NCBI GenBank assembly: GCA_038496445.1
Contig: JALMLS010000093.1
Span: forward strand, 806,001 to 870,000
Direction: 5' to 3'
Source: Trichosphaerium sp. ATCC 40318
Taxonomy: Eukaryota > Protista > Tubulinea
Length of the DNA: 64,000 bases
A model generated the notes under the pieces. The model made no database searches and had not been told where the DNA came from. It saw only the letters and a list, made by a program, of their open reading frames with translations. Both the position numbers and the translations under genes were made by a program. Each line of letters opens with the position of its first letter. Within the stretch, counting starts at the first letter, position 1. Below are positions 48,066 to 62,200 of the stretch, piece by piece.

Positions 48066-51000
48066 AATGGCTTCGTCGTTATCACAGATCATCTCCGTGT
48101 GATCTTGGTTACCTTGGATTTGACGTTCCGCGTTTTAACTCCAAAACAAAGCAATCTTGGCTACTTGTCAAACATTTCTTCGTTCATAAGCGGATTTGTC
48201 AGTCAACCTCAAACTACAGCGAGCGTGGTACGTAGTGTATTCGTACAGCGCATTGATGTAGAGTGGTACGTACACACATGTATTTTCGGGAGCTTCAAAA
48301 AAAAATCACGTGAAATTTTTCGTTTGTGATTGTTTTATTTAGGCGTTTATTCATACTCACGAAAGAGAGATTGATTTGTTGGCATATTGGTGGTGGAAAT
48401 GAAAGAGTTCGTTTTTTTTGTCACATATTTTCGTTCAATCTTTTTTTTTTGTTGTTGTTAAAACCTAAAGGCAGTTGTTTCTTTCTCTTTCGAGATTTTA
48501 TTTATCTATGTAGTTTTTTTATGCTTAAATATCTCTTCAGGTCTTATTCGATACTGTTGTTAGTAGAGCTATTGGTGGTGACAGTGATTGGGATTGTGAA
48601 GTAATTGACGTAACACCAGGAAGATCTATAGATACTTTACTTATATTGCTTGCATACTTTAAACGCAATCGACTCGAGCCCAGTTTATGTGAAGGTATTT
48701 TTAGCTTTAGGCTATATTTATCACATGTGATGTTAACTGATTGTTTAGACACACGATTTACTTTGTTCGAAGCAGATATATCGAGCGGTTCAATGATATT
48801 TAAGCATGTAAAACATATATTCAATTCACCACGAGTACGATAACATTCAAACTTCTTTTTTTTTTCAATAAGCGCTGACCGTTTTTCTTTGTTTTGTAGG
48901 CACATCATGAAACTGAAATCCTGAGTTGTTCTATGTGTGTTCCTCAAGGGGGTCCTGCACTGTATGTTTATTGGAGGGATAAAATACTTTGTTCAAGTTG
49001 TATAGAAGAGAATAACAATGAGCAAAATCAATTCAATCTTGTTGAACTTGATGATGTTGTTTCACGCTCACATTTGAGGATATTGGGTTTTTCTGAAGTT
49101 GTAAATAAGGTACATTATAATTTGAGTATTTTTTGATAGATAACAGCTAACTATTAATAAAAACAGGGTGTGTTTCTTCTTCCAGATCGTGGTGTTATTT
49201 CAATTTCACGAAGTGATTTAAAAGTAAGTATTTTTATAAACGACTGCCTGCTTAGTGTTATATTAGCTTGGTGGTAAACAGGCTGTTTCTGCTCGAATAG
49301 ATGCTGGTATATTGAAAGAGCTAGCACCTCTTGAAATACGACAAAGACGCCTTATGGAAGCATTTAAACAGTTTGTGTCATCATCACATGTACGTGAATT
49401 GTAATTATAGTAACAGTTGTTGTTTTGACAGTTTTGTTGGTAGGCGGACAACCAACTCATATACCCATTCTTGATGCCCGGTGTAAATCTCAGTGAACCT
49501 ATAGAATGGCTTAGTCTTCAAATCGTTGATGGTGCACCTAGTAGTAATCCACGGTGGGCAGAAGATGGAGGTATGTCTCTTTTTTGATTGCGATCAAACT
49601 TACTCTATTTTAAAGACGAAAGCGAAGAGGCAACATCGCTTCTCATCAAGCGACAGTTAGCTGAAAAGAATAGTAAACATGCCAATCTCTTATCATTTTT
49701 ACAAACAACTGGACTATGGGATAAGGTAAGAATCAAAAACCATGTTTTGTTTTCTGTTTGGTTTTGTTGGATTCAAAGATGGCACTAAGTTAATACATTG
49801 TAGATTGGTTCCAAAACTAAATCTATTGTTGCTGAACACGGTGAGAAATTGGCTGGTACAATTAGTCTACGTGAAGTACAGAATCATCATGCAAAGGAAG
49901 ATGATGCTCGTGTTATCTTTAGAGATTTATTCCAACTTGTTCTTCTTGCACGTGGTATGTAAAAAAGCCTATTTGATAGACTCTTTATTTTTCGTAACAA
50001 AAGAATATATTGCTAATAAGTACTCACTAGGTGGAAGTCACCAGGATATGCGTAAAGTAACTCAAGATATTTTTTATAGAAGTGTATCTGAATCTCATCA
50101 AATTCTTGAAAAAACTGTCGGTCTCTATGCTAGTCGTAGGGATAGATACGATGGCAAGAAACGATCTATTGTCCTACGTGCTGTTATTTTAATCTTTCAG
50201 GTGTGTAACTTTTAAACAGATGCCACTGTTGTTTGTTTTTTTATAGCTTGCTGATTTTTTTTAAAGTCGTTCTTGACTGGCGCTTTGGGTTATAGGTCAG
50301 ATTTTAGTACTATTCTTGTAAGTGCAAATCCAAGCGTTGAAGAAATGCCACGGTTTTGGTCAAATGATCCTGGCCTACAAGCACATATCCTACAAGTTAT
50401 TGAGGTAAGAATAGTTTAGTAGTAAACAACAAGTTAATATTTTTTTAAGTTTACAACAAACTACATTGACGAATTACTTGGAAACGATTCATCTCTGGAG
50501 TCCCAGGAAGTGAACGAATTTGTTACACATTATCACACGCTCGTTGGGTTACTTCTAGGTCGTTATAAAGAGCGTCTACGCTCAATGTCAAGGTAAATAG
50601 ATAAGACTATGAAATTATCCTTTGGGTAGCTAACTTTGTGTTAGATCTGAGCAAGGTACTTCAAAGGAGGCTTTGGTGCAATATGGTCGTACTAGACTCA
50701 ATTTGATAATGCCTTTGGTTCATTGGAAACAAAAAGATAGAGCATACAGCCTAGCAGCTGAATATGAAGAACATGAAGTTCTTATTCTTCTCGCTGATGA
50801 AAGAGATGATTTTGTGAATGACCTTGGTAGCTTCATGTCTAGATATGAAGGTTTTGCAGAATCTGTTTTCCGTTTCTATACTTCACACTCTGCTAGAGGT
50901 TAGTGAGAGTCTACTGTTATTGTAAATTAATTATATTACTCGTTAGGCAAGACATGGAAGCTTTTAGAAGTTGCCAAGGCTTATCCACAACATCTTGACG

Positions 51001-52340
51001 AATTCTTAAGTAAGGATCAGCTTCACTGGCTTCATGCAGTTGATATGGTACGTTGTATAGTATACATCTGTTTTTAAAGATGCTTACACACTTTATAGCG
51101 CCGTATGGATGATGCAAGCAAAGCTTTAATTGATCTGGCAGATACACAAGATAACTTGGAAGACAGAACGAATTTGTTTTGTTTAAGCAAGTTAGCGGCA
51201 TTAGCAGATGGTGGTCCAGGTTAGCTTTTTAGTTTGTCTAGGTGTGTTGTAACTAATTGGTTTCGTTTAGGCGCTGATACCCGTGTACAAGATGAAGCAG
51301 TGACACAGCAGAAGATTCAACAGCAGATTGCTGCTATAATACAAAAGTGTCCGCTTTATGGACATGAAGATATTACATACAAGCTTAACAAGGTATTTCA
51401 AAACAGACTTCGCTTTTAGTGGTTTAATATACGTTATGTAGGGTATATATCTATCTCCTCAAGATATTATCGAAGGTTGCCTTTGTCGTAAGCTTGGTGA
51501 AACCGAAGAAACAGTCATTGAATGCTCCTTGTTGGCGTTGGATACTTGGAGATTCTCTTCTAGGGTACCGTTTAAGTTTTTTTTGCTACGAACCATTCAC
51601 GTGAAATTGAGGATAACAAAAAGTTGTTCTACAAAACACGTGATAACAGTTTTATTGAGACGCACTTTTTTTTCTCTTTAGTTTTTGTACAGAAAAAAAA
51701 AGTTTTTTGTTACCGTTTCTTTTCTATTTGTCTGACAAGGTTTTTAGCATATTGCCTCAGATGAAACTAGTAGTAATTTAATATTGTATATTTGGACAGA
51801 AATTTTAACTTCAAGCACACGTATGCCTTGGACTGAAATTGCAGCTAGAAGGGTTGAAAGTAGTATGTCTGATGTTGATATTATACAGAATATTCGATAC
51901 TCTATATTCTTTAGAACAGCTGGTATGGTGAGCGATGGTGTGCCAATGGCTATAAGTACGTTATTGTAAAACTGTTCGGACTGAAAGACTACATTGAACC
52001 TTGCTACGACTTAAAAGATTTTCATCACTTTTTTTTCTTTCTTCTTTACTTATTGTTTGTTATAGGTCTTTTGTCAGAAGAGATATTCCATGCAGCTGCT
52101 GAAAAATATATCCAAAAGGTTTTGGAAGCAAACCCTTCTTATGAGTACACAGATATCCTACGTGAATTGCTTAAACTTGCGTATACTACACTTATGGAGG
52201 AGATTAAGTCAGCTGAAGAACGTGGATTGATTCAGTCACCTAGATCCAAAAATGGAGATGGTATTGTTGCTAAAGTAATTGCAGATGGTAAAAGAGATAA
52301 AGGTTGGAATGGTCCAACGGACATGGTCACTGGTTATTAA
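48066..52340 (+). CDS. NUP133: Nucleoporin Nup133-like protein; start not resolved
   Basis: QLAEKNSKHANLLSFLQTTGLWDK...EHGEKL, QDIFYRSVS, AYSLAAEYEEHEVLILL, LHWLHAV, CLSKLAALA. Confidence 0.78.
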
Positions 52341-52611
52341 CAGTGCCTTCCACCCTTGCTTGGAAGAAAGGAAAAAAAAGTGTAAGATAAAATAAAATCA
52401 CCAGTTTTTTTTGTAAGATTCATCGTTCAAAAGTTGGTATCTATACCATATAGGACAATGAACGTAGTCTAAACTATTTCCACTGATCATACTATCTGAA
52501 ACACCATTTGTGGAGTTTCTTATCTACAAAGATAAGCCAGTTATGTGTATTTTTACCCTGAAATAATACAATTTATTTTTTTTCAAATCAAAAAATAATA
52601 ATTCTAAGTGT

Positions 52612-53816
52612 TTAGGAATTCATTTCCCTTCCGCTAACATAGTGGGAGTGCTTACGCAATTGACCATCTGCAAACCACTGTTTGTATTCTCCTTCTAATT
52701 TACCTTTAAGGTAGCTATGGCACTGTGATAACTGACCATTAAAGTACCAGTCCTTGCAAACTCCTTCTTTTTTGTTGTTGACCATATTGTGCTGCTTGTG
52801 TAAGTTTCCATTTTCGTGCCACTTCTTGTATACTCCATCTAGTTTATTGTCTATATAATGACAATACTCAAGCATTTTTCCTTGCCGAGACCACATCTTC
52901 CTCTCGCCTTCTAGCCTACCATTGACTAATGACATTGCTTCAACATTTTCCCACCTAAATACCACTGTGTAAACTCTCCTTCCAGCTTACCATTGGCATA
53001 GCTACACACTAATTCTAATTGACCAGAGCTAAACCACTTCTTTAGTCCACCATGCAACTCGTCACATGTAAAATTACGCTGAGATTTTAAACTGCCATCC
53101 TTGTACCACATAGTGCACTCTCCGTCAACCTTATCATTTGTATACTGATATAGTGTGCTCAATCCTCCATCATCATGCCACTCCTTGTATTGTCCTTCTC
53201 GTAAACCATTTACATAAATAGTCTTTGCTGATAACTGGCGATTTACAAACCACCACTCAAGACATTCTCCTTCAATCTTACCATGGATATAATTACTATG
53301 CTTGCATACCTGACCACTAAAATTCCATTTTTTATACTCTCCTTCTGGCTTATCATCAGCATATGTGCAGTGCTTTGCCAGTTGGCCATTTTGTATGCCA
53401 CTTATTGTAGTCTCCCTCAAGCTTACCTTTGGTAAAAGTACCTTGCATGCATAAGTTACCATTACTATACCATTTTTTGCACGTTCCTTCCTTGGAACCA
53501 TTCACAAAATAATCCTCAGCTAACAGTTGACCATTGTCGTGCCAATTCTTGAAAGTTCCGTACGAGGAAGACCATGTCTCCAACTATTTAGACGTGAAAC
53601 CTTTAATCTGGGCGATGCATCATGCTCGCCATCCACGTATTTGTATTGAAGCCATTTTCCATGCTTGCACAAATCACAATCAAACCTTGTTGTCATTGCG
53701 GTGCTTTTCGATAAAACTGGCCATTTCGCGTATAGTGCGATATCTAGTTCAAAAATATCAAGTTGAAGCTCCAGCGGAAGGCGCAATAAGGGACAACTCG
53801 ATTTTGACATGTTCAT
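52612..53816 (-). pseudogene. Intronless F-box + MORN-variant (YwqK-like) repeat gene with three frameshifts
   Basis: LLRLPLELQLDIF followed by about 13 repeats of G.YK.W..NGQL.....Y.NG..EG across four overlapping ORFs. Confidence 0.8.
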
Positions 53817-53834
53817 CTGTTTTTATTGGTTAAT

Positions 53835-56095
53835 ATGAACTCGTACGTGTAGTATTGGTACCTTTGTCTTTGAATACAAAGAATTGCTTTCGACTTGGCT
53901 GTGATGCAATTGTTTAACTTTAAAGACCGAAAGCGGACATCAAAACTGAAAATTCGCATCTTTTGGCGTTATCTTCGACAACTCCATAATTCATAAGGTC
54001 TAGAACAACCCAACACTTCAAGGAAGGTGTACGTAATAATGTATTACGCACCAGCAACGAAAAGGGGAAAATTGGCTGACACTCGTGCCAAACTATCCTC
54101 AAGTACGTTTTCAACGCCCAGGTACTTTTGTTGAAGCGTGTAACTGTTTTATAGGCGTTACAATTCAAACTCTACCAAATGAGGTGTTATGGTTGATTTT
54201 GTCGTTTATATGGCCAGAAAAGTATGTATTCTGCGGTTTGAAGCTTTGGAAAGTATGTAAACGATGGCGTAAGACAATTGCATCAAATGTAAGTCATACC
54301 TTCATTTTACGTAGCGTAACGTAATACAAGGCGTATTTTGTAGATATGTGGGGCTATATAACGGTACATACAAACTATCCATAACTTTACCTAAATAGTT
54401 GCTGAGGTTGAAACTGAGCTATGGGAAGAGTTGCTGTCCGTATGTGCCTCCAGTGCACTTACTTTACGATGTCCCACATCGTTCACACGTGATAAATGTG
54501 CGTAAAATGAGGTATAAATAGCATTGAATGCTGAATAGTGGTGTAGCTCCGTGGTTTGCTATTACACAGCTTCGTAATCTTCGACGGCTTGAAATTCCAA
54601 GGTTAGTTATTGATTGTTAGCTCTTTCAATGCTGCCCTGTTTACCGATGTAATGTAGGCTTTCTGTTTTAACCAATAGTGGCTTTGAGGATGTAATACGA
54701 AAAATGACTTCACTGGAGGCATTGGATTTGGAGTGCTATATTGATGAAAAGTCAGATAAACTTAATCTATTGTTTCGTTCACAACTTTTAGAAAAATGAA
54801 CAGTATTTGCAACTATTGCACTCACCTTACATATCTCAGCGTATCGAATGGACCTATATCTCAAATATCTCATTTGGTTGGCCTCAAAGACCTTGGAGTT
54901 GTTCGTATTGAGGTCAGTAAAGTGAAGGATAATTTGTTAACCAAAAGTCATTAGCATTTGGACATATCACAGTTTACTTCTCTACATAACCTTGAAGTTC
55001 TGGATATATCTCACGCAAAGGATGGTATATCTTTTGCTTTTCAAGTATTGAAACGTTGTATTTAATATTCATATCAGGTGTTAGACGTGTTGATATGCTT
55101 CCACGTTTCACTAAGCTCACAAAATTGGTTAATATAACTATCAATGCAAACCAAAACGGTATTTGTTGTTAACTATCAAATGGTACTTACTGGTGTTAGA
55201 CTTTTTCAAGAATGTGCTAAGAAATTTGACAACACTGAACACTCTTGTCACTACAGCTGCGAATATAGAGTGCGTGAAACATTCCAGCCACAGTCTGTAA
55301 CTAGAACCATAGCAAAACAGAATTCAGAGCAATACAACAACTGCCGTCATTGAGAAACTTGAACCTTGCTGGATCAACCCTCATTGATCCAAGTTTTGAT
55401 GGTAATTATTTATTTAAACTCTTTACTTACTCTCTCTTCATAGGTTTGGAGGGCCTTGTTTCTCTTAATTTGTCGTATTGTGACTTATCAGTTCAGTACT
55501 TTGAAAAACTGATGTGTCTTACAAATCTACAGATATTGAAACTTGGTGGACCAATGTGTGATAAGCACAAGGTCGGCTATGTTTTCAATAATATCACCAA
55601 ACTTAGCGCTCTTCAAACGCTATGCTTGGGTATTATTAACATAAAGTTACCTCAAGACTTACCATTGTCTAAGCTTCCTAACTTAAAATCATGTACGAAA
55701 AATGTTTCATCCTGTTTTTCACCTTGAGTAGTCTCAATGACAGGTGCAACATTCTCATTTCCAACACTATATGATATAGTCAGGTATTGTGATTCTTTAA
55801 CAACATTGAGGTTAGCACAGTGCAGTCCAATGTTTAGTGCTAAAGGTAGGAATAATGTGAGAATACTGTTTTGATTCAATTTGGTTTTTTAGATGTAGTT
55901 AAGTTGCTCCTCTACTGCCGGCCTTTAAAAGAGTTTCAATTGGATAAGATAATGTTCAACCTGTTTGATTACCACAAACTATTGCAGTTACCTTTTATCT
56001 TTATCATACAGGAGTATGCTATTGGATATTTAAACATTTTTAAGCAATACAGCATTGCCAGCAAAAGTTGGGAAGATTGTATTGCACAGGTGTAA
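53835..56095 (+). CDS. F-box/leucine-rich-repeat protein, multi-exon; start uncertain
   Basis: TLPNEVLWLILSFI...VCKRWR; LRR units LRNLNLAG, LVSLNLSYC, LTNLQILKL. Confidence 0.8.
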
Positions 56096-56259
56096 AAACT
56101 CTACAAAACACTCCTTTACAATCAACAACTGTTCCTTTTTCACATAGGTCAGTGTAAGTTCCAGCATACAACCGTCATACGATCTTGTAAAATACACTCA
56201 AACAAACCAGCAAATCATTGTAGTGTAATGTTTTTTATTTACAAATTGTACATGATGTT

Positions 56260-59200
56260 TTATTTATTCGCCCCAAGCAAAAGCACCAAGCATCCATTTA
56301 GAATTATACATGTTTTCATCATTATCAGTAGGATCATTAGATGCAGGACTACTTTAAAATTAACCAACATTTTAAACAACTGTAAAAGATTCGTTATTAC
56401 CTTAGTGTCTCTATTTTGTCATCGTCTGGTGTTTTTAAAATTGGTTTTACTTCAACAGTTGGGGTTTCTGCGTCAGTTTGTTCAGGCACAGGTATTTCAA
56501 CAGGCACCTCAGGCTCTTTTGGTTCTTCAGGAGGAACAAACACCTTAGGTTTGGATTCAATACTTTCAGTTTCAGCTGCTGGTACTTGTTCTGGCTCAGC
56601 GACAGGTGGTGGACTGATTAAGTGTTAGGTGTGCCTACTATGACTTTACGTACACTACAGCTTCTGGTTTTTGATCTTCTACTGGTTCGGTCTCAGGCTG
56701 TGCTGGTACAGCTACTTGTGCGCGTGCTGCACTCGCTTTTTCTTCTAGCTGTGCCTTTTCTTGTTGCAATGAATCTATCTTAGCGTATGCATCATGCAGC
56801 GTTTGGGATAGTTTATTCTTTTCTATTACCAAGGTCTGAACAGATGCACCCATCTTAGATTGAGCAATAACACGGTTTTTAAACTCGAGGTTGGCTACAC
56901 GATTACGAATTAGTTGGACCAAATACGACAAACAGGGGAAAAAAAAAGATAAAACTAGGACGTACACATCAATGTGGTATTCTCGTTCATTAGTTGTTCC
57001 GTTGTTTTTGCTTGCTTCCTAGCGGCTTCAATGTATGTGTTAAGCTGTGACTCCAAAGTTTGCTTCTCCCCTTGTAAATCGTTCTTTTGTTGAAGGATGT
57101 TGGTGTTTGCTTCCTTAAGCGCTTTTCGCGCTTTTTCAAGGCTATCAACACGTTCACGAAGAGCTGCAATCTCCTTGGAATCCTCTTGACGTTGCTCTTC
57201 CTGTAGACAATGAGTTAGTAAGAGTAAAAAAAGGAGAAGTAAGCTTTGGCAAAAAGTTGTTCGTACAGGAACTTCAACCGCTTTTACAGCATCTGCAGAC
57301 CGTTGCTCCAATGTATCCTTAGCAGCTTGCAAGTTATCGTTCGTTTGTGCCAAGAGTGCATCTTTTTCGGATACAGTTGCCGTCAAAGACTCAATGTTAC
57401 CTTCAAGTGTTTTGATCTTCATCTCAAGTTCCATCTTCTCAAGCAGCGTATGTTGATTTAACTGATGTATCTCTGTAGCGCCTTCTTCCTGCGATTGCAT
57501 TTCTCTATGTGCTCGTTGCAATGCTTCATTAACCTTTACAAAATTGTTTGATGTCTGCGCTAGCTGATCACGGGTTTCTTCCAAGGTTTTTTCAAGAGCA
57601 GCCTTCTCTTTAGAAAGCATGTCTATCTCTGCAGTGTTGACACCAATAATATCTTGTTGCTTCTTCACCTCAACCTCTAGTTTGAGCTTTTCAGCCGAGT
57701 CATTATTGACATTTTGGGCAATGCTAGTACTGAGCATATTGTTCTCTTGCTAAAAAAAGAAAGAACACAGTTAGAATAGAAATAAAAACCACTGGCAAAC
57801 TCACCTCAAGCTGCTGGATCCTGGCATCCATTTCTTTTACACGCACGCTGAGTGCTTCCTTCTCAGCGTTTGCAGTTTTGACAGATGAAGTCAGGTTCTC
57901 CTCCAACTTGTCACGTTCATCACGCTATTTCACACGAAGGTTAGTACTAACAACAAGGACTGTTACAACTTACCAAGAATGACAAAGCAAGTTCAGAGCC
58001 TTGCTTCGCTTCAGTTAAACTGACACGATCAGTGCTGAGCGACATTATCTAACACGCAGTGGGTGAGAACAAAGCACTTGAATAAATAACAAAAAAAAAT
58101 AGTACCTCTGTTTGAAGACGGTCATTCTGCTCTGTAAGACGCTTAACACTGTCCTGTGCCTCTTTCAATTGCATTTCAAGACGAACAGACGTGACAGTCA
58201 ACTACAACAAGCGTTAACACAGAATTACCAAACAAAAAACTACAACAAAAATCAACAAGAAACTGTAACTCACGTGATCTTGATCCTTATTATGCTGTGT
58301 CTTGTAGTGCTCCAGTTGTGTGCTCAAGCTCCTGTTTTCATCCTTAATCCGACTTACTTCACGTTGAAGTGTTACAACGTCATCAGCAGAACGATCTCCT
58401 CGCTCAACCTTGGCTTGCAAGTCGCTAATCTCTTGATTCAACAGCTGCGCTTGATCTCGCAACTTTTGAGCTGCACTTTCGTGATCCTCTGTAAGGTTTT
58501 TGACCATAGCAGTGTGGGACTTCTTTACATCATCTAGCTCTTCTTCAAGTTGCTTGACACGCTCGTCATTTTGTGGAGCATCCAAATTATCTAGTGGATT
58601 CACGCCAAAAGATGGAAGAGCGCCAGAAAATGGGGACAAAGGACCAGCTTGTTCCTTTGCCTTTTCTTGCAGCAATTTTCTCTCCTGCTCCCACTCTTCT
58701 TCTTTGATTTGATACTGCTGAAGTTGTACAGACAAGTTCTCATTCTTGTGGCGTAGGGCATCAATTTCGCCATCACTTTCCCCTGAAACCTACATCACGT
58801 TATTAGATAATATGACATACCACTAAACCAAAAAGCGAGAACACTTACACCGCCACGGATCTTCTTGAACAGAACCGCGTTTTGGTTCTCAAGACGAGTA
58901 TTGTTTTCTCTCGTTTCGTCAAGTAAATCATTAATAGCATCCAATTCACGTTGATGATTAGCTTTTAAGGCTTTAATTTCTCCCTAATCACATCAATTAG
59001 AAATAATAATAAAAAATGAAGGAGCTTCGTACTTGGGATTCCAAATATTGTGTTTCCTTTCCTGTAGCATTTGTAAGTTCTTGCTTCAACTGTGCAAGTT
59101 GAATCTGGAGCTTGTTATGCTGTTTAGTCTTCTTAGCAAGCCTATTTGTCATTAGCACGCATTTGCGAACGAGTATTGCTTGTCTACGCACTTTTCTTTG

Positions 59201-62200
59201 AGATCATCAACAATTTGGTTATTTGCTTCCGCACTGGCTTTGGACTGAAACAAAACGTTAACCACACCAGATATTTGGGATTATGTCTTTACCTGCTCCA
59301 AGTTGGCATACTCAACTTGCAAACGACCAAGCTCTGCTCTCAAGGTCTCCAACTCATTTTCATCTTCTTCCATGCCAGATACAGAAAATTGCATGGCTTG
59401 CATCGCTTCCATGGCTTGACTAAAGAGATTTAATTTTTAGCAACATGTACGTATTTCAATAGACCAACTAACCTTTGCTGCTCAAGCTTGGTAGATAGCT
59501 CTTCATTTTGCTTGCGTAGTTTATCAAGCTCCTCTACATCCCATTTTTCAGGGGCTTCACCAATACCAGCGAGCTTAGCAGTCAACTCCTCATTTTGTTG
59601 TTTTATAGCATCTAATTCAGAAGTCTTCCTTTCTAATTCTTCACTGAGCATTTGCACACTTGTAGTCATACTGCTATCGCCACTGGATCCTGACAATGCT
59701 GCTAGCTCCGCTTGTAAGTTATTACGCTCTTCTGTGAGCTAAGCAAAGTTAACAAAAGCGCTATCCAACAAAAATATCATTTGCAACATAGCAACTACAA
59801 ACCTTAGTTATGGTCTCGTCAAACTCACGCTGAGTTTCTCCCAGCTTTTCGTTCACAAATTGTAATTCTTGCACTTGTTGTTCCATTGGTAATAATTCAG
59901 TCACCTGTGCATTGAGCTTAGCAACACGCTCTTCTGCTTGACTCTTTTCGAGTTCCAAATTCTGAATTTGTATCTGAGCGTTTGTAAAATCTAGATGAAA
60001 CCTTCTTAGTAAAATAGACAACCACCAAATATCATACCTTTCATACGCGATCGAACATCAATGAGCTCTGCTGTAAGCTCATTGTTTTGACTCATAGCTT
60101 CTTCATACGCGGTATTGATAGCATCACGCTCTTGTCCCAAGGAAGCATTAACATCCTGCAATGTTAAGCACTGTTCACTGTATTGTGATAGCGCAGCTGT
60201 AAAAAAATGTAAGAGTCTTTTCTGGTTCAAGAGGCAACCACATACCGTTTGCCTTCGCACAATCTCCACCAAGTTGCTCACATTGTGTAGTTATTTCTTC
60301 AAGCGATTGAGCTTTTTGTATGTTATCCGACATTAGACGTTTCTTGGCTGCCTTCAATTTTGTATTTTCTGTCTTTAACATTTTAGCAAGTTTTTTTAAT
60401 TTGCGACATTCTAGAGCAAGGCCTTTTCCTTTCTCCACCAATGTCTCTTGCATTTCTTCCAAGTGAGTGATTTTCTCTTGCATCATCTCCTTTTCGCCCT
60501 CGTTTTGGTCATTTATCTGGACATTCAATAATTCAAGCTTCTCCAATGCTTCATCGCGTTCTTGTTGAAGTACATTGGCAGCCTCATTTAACTCTTGTTC
60601 AGTAGCAGTAGCAGCTTGTAATAACTTGTTGACTTCATCATACTTGTTGTTTACAGAATCCAACTGCTCCTAAAAGACTTGTAAGCAAAATATACAGACG
60701 TTGTAAACTTTACATTTCCAGCTTTTTAGTTGCCAAATTGTACCTTGTGGTCAGTCGCAAGTTGCGCTCTTGCTGCTTCGAATTGTGCTTCTAGACCTGC
60801 GCGCTCATCGAGCCAAGATTTTTCTGCTTCGCCATGCTTTAGTACCTTTGCAGCTAAAGCAGACCGCTCGAGGTCTAATGAGTATACATCGCTTTCGTGT
60901 GCCTCTTGTTGTGTTTTTAAACCAGTGACTTCGTCTTCAAGTGCTGTTTTAGTAACTTGGAGCTCATCAACAGTCTCTTGAAGTTGTTTGTTCTTGCCAA
61001 GCAATTCCTCTACAGAGTCTTCCAGTTCTTGAGTTTTGTCTGCCTGTGCAGCACGGTCTTGTAACTCTTTTATACTCTCTGCAAATTCGTCACGTTGGCG
61101 AATAGCATCTGCGTGATCTGTTTGCAGAGTGTCATATAAGTGCTGCTGACCCTGTAGTTGGGTGATAAGGTCAAGGTTCTCAGTCTCCATCTTCTCAATG
61201 TTTCGGTGAAGTTCTGCCATTTCGTCCACCTTACCTTGGTACGCCTCCTCAATACGGACCATCCTATCGACCAGCCCCTGCGTCTTAGCTATTAACGCAT
61301 CACTACTGGCTTTGCGTGCTTCCAACTCATTGTTTGCATCACTGAGCTGTGTCTGCAAGTCCTGTATTGCCATATTCTTGTTCTCACTACCAGCCACTTG
61401 TTCTTTTAATGTTGTAATTTCAGTTTCATACAGTTGCAACTAGCTTGTATTTAGCAAAAATCCTCAACTTCTTTGTGCCACTTTTGCGTACTTGTGCAGC
61501 CTGCTCATTCGTCTTACTATGCAGTGCTTCGACCTTCTCCTTTTCTCTCTTGGCCAAGGCTTTGTATTGCCCCATTAGTTTTTTTAATTTAGCCACAGCT
61601 GTTGGAGACGCCGTAGGAGATTTTGTGCTATCATCAAGTTGCTATGAACAAAAATTAGTAAAAATTGGTTACAAACATAACAAACCTTTTCAACTGAAAC
61701 TTTTGCCTTCGTTGCTGCGTCCTAACAAAACAAGTCAAACCAAAACAACCGCGTTTAAATTTCTTCACTAGAGAACAGCACGTACCACTTGATCCAGTAG
61801 ATATTGCCTCTCAGTAGCAAAAGCATTGTTCTTCTCTTGCAAATCAGTGATAACATCTTCTGTTTTAGTCAATTGATCACGCAATGCTGTAACTTCAGCA
61901 GTAGCAGTGGCAAGGGATCCTTGCAACTCTGCCAATTCAGCAGAGGTGTCCTCACTTTCTACTTGGGTTGTTTGCGCCAACAATGTTTCGAGTTCTTCGC
62001 ACTTGCGTGCAAGGGCATCGCGCTCATCCAATAATTCAAAATCAGCACCAAGATCATTTAGATCATTGCTTTGCTGTTGAGCTTCAATTGCAGCAAGGTC
62101 ACCGGTTAGCTTGATGTTTTGAAGCTTAAACTGATCTCGTTCTTCTTGGAGTGCTTTGAGATCCTTTAGCTTTTCTTTTACATCAGCCAGTTGCTCCAGT

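Noticed and set aside
52612-53816. Bacterial YwqJK toxin-antitoxin module or contamination
   Set aside because: There is no toxin partner, the gene carries a eukaryote-type F-box shared with another locus, and its flanks are intron-rich host genes.
56260-56295. CaaX box CLVL in the coiled-coil protein
   Set aside because: It is followed by six more codons (LLGANK), so it is not terminal as sequenced.
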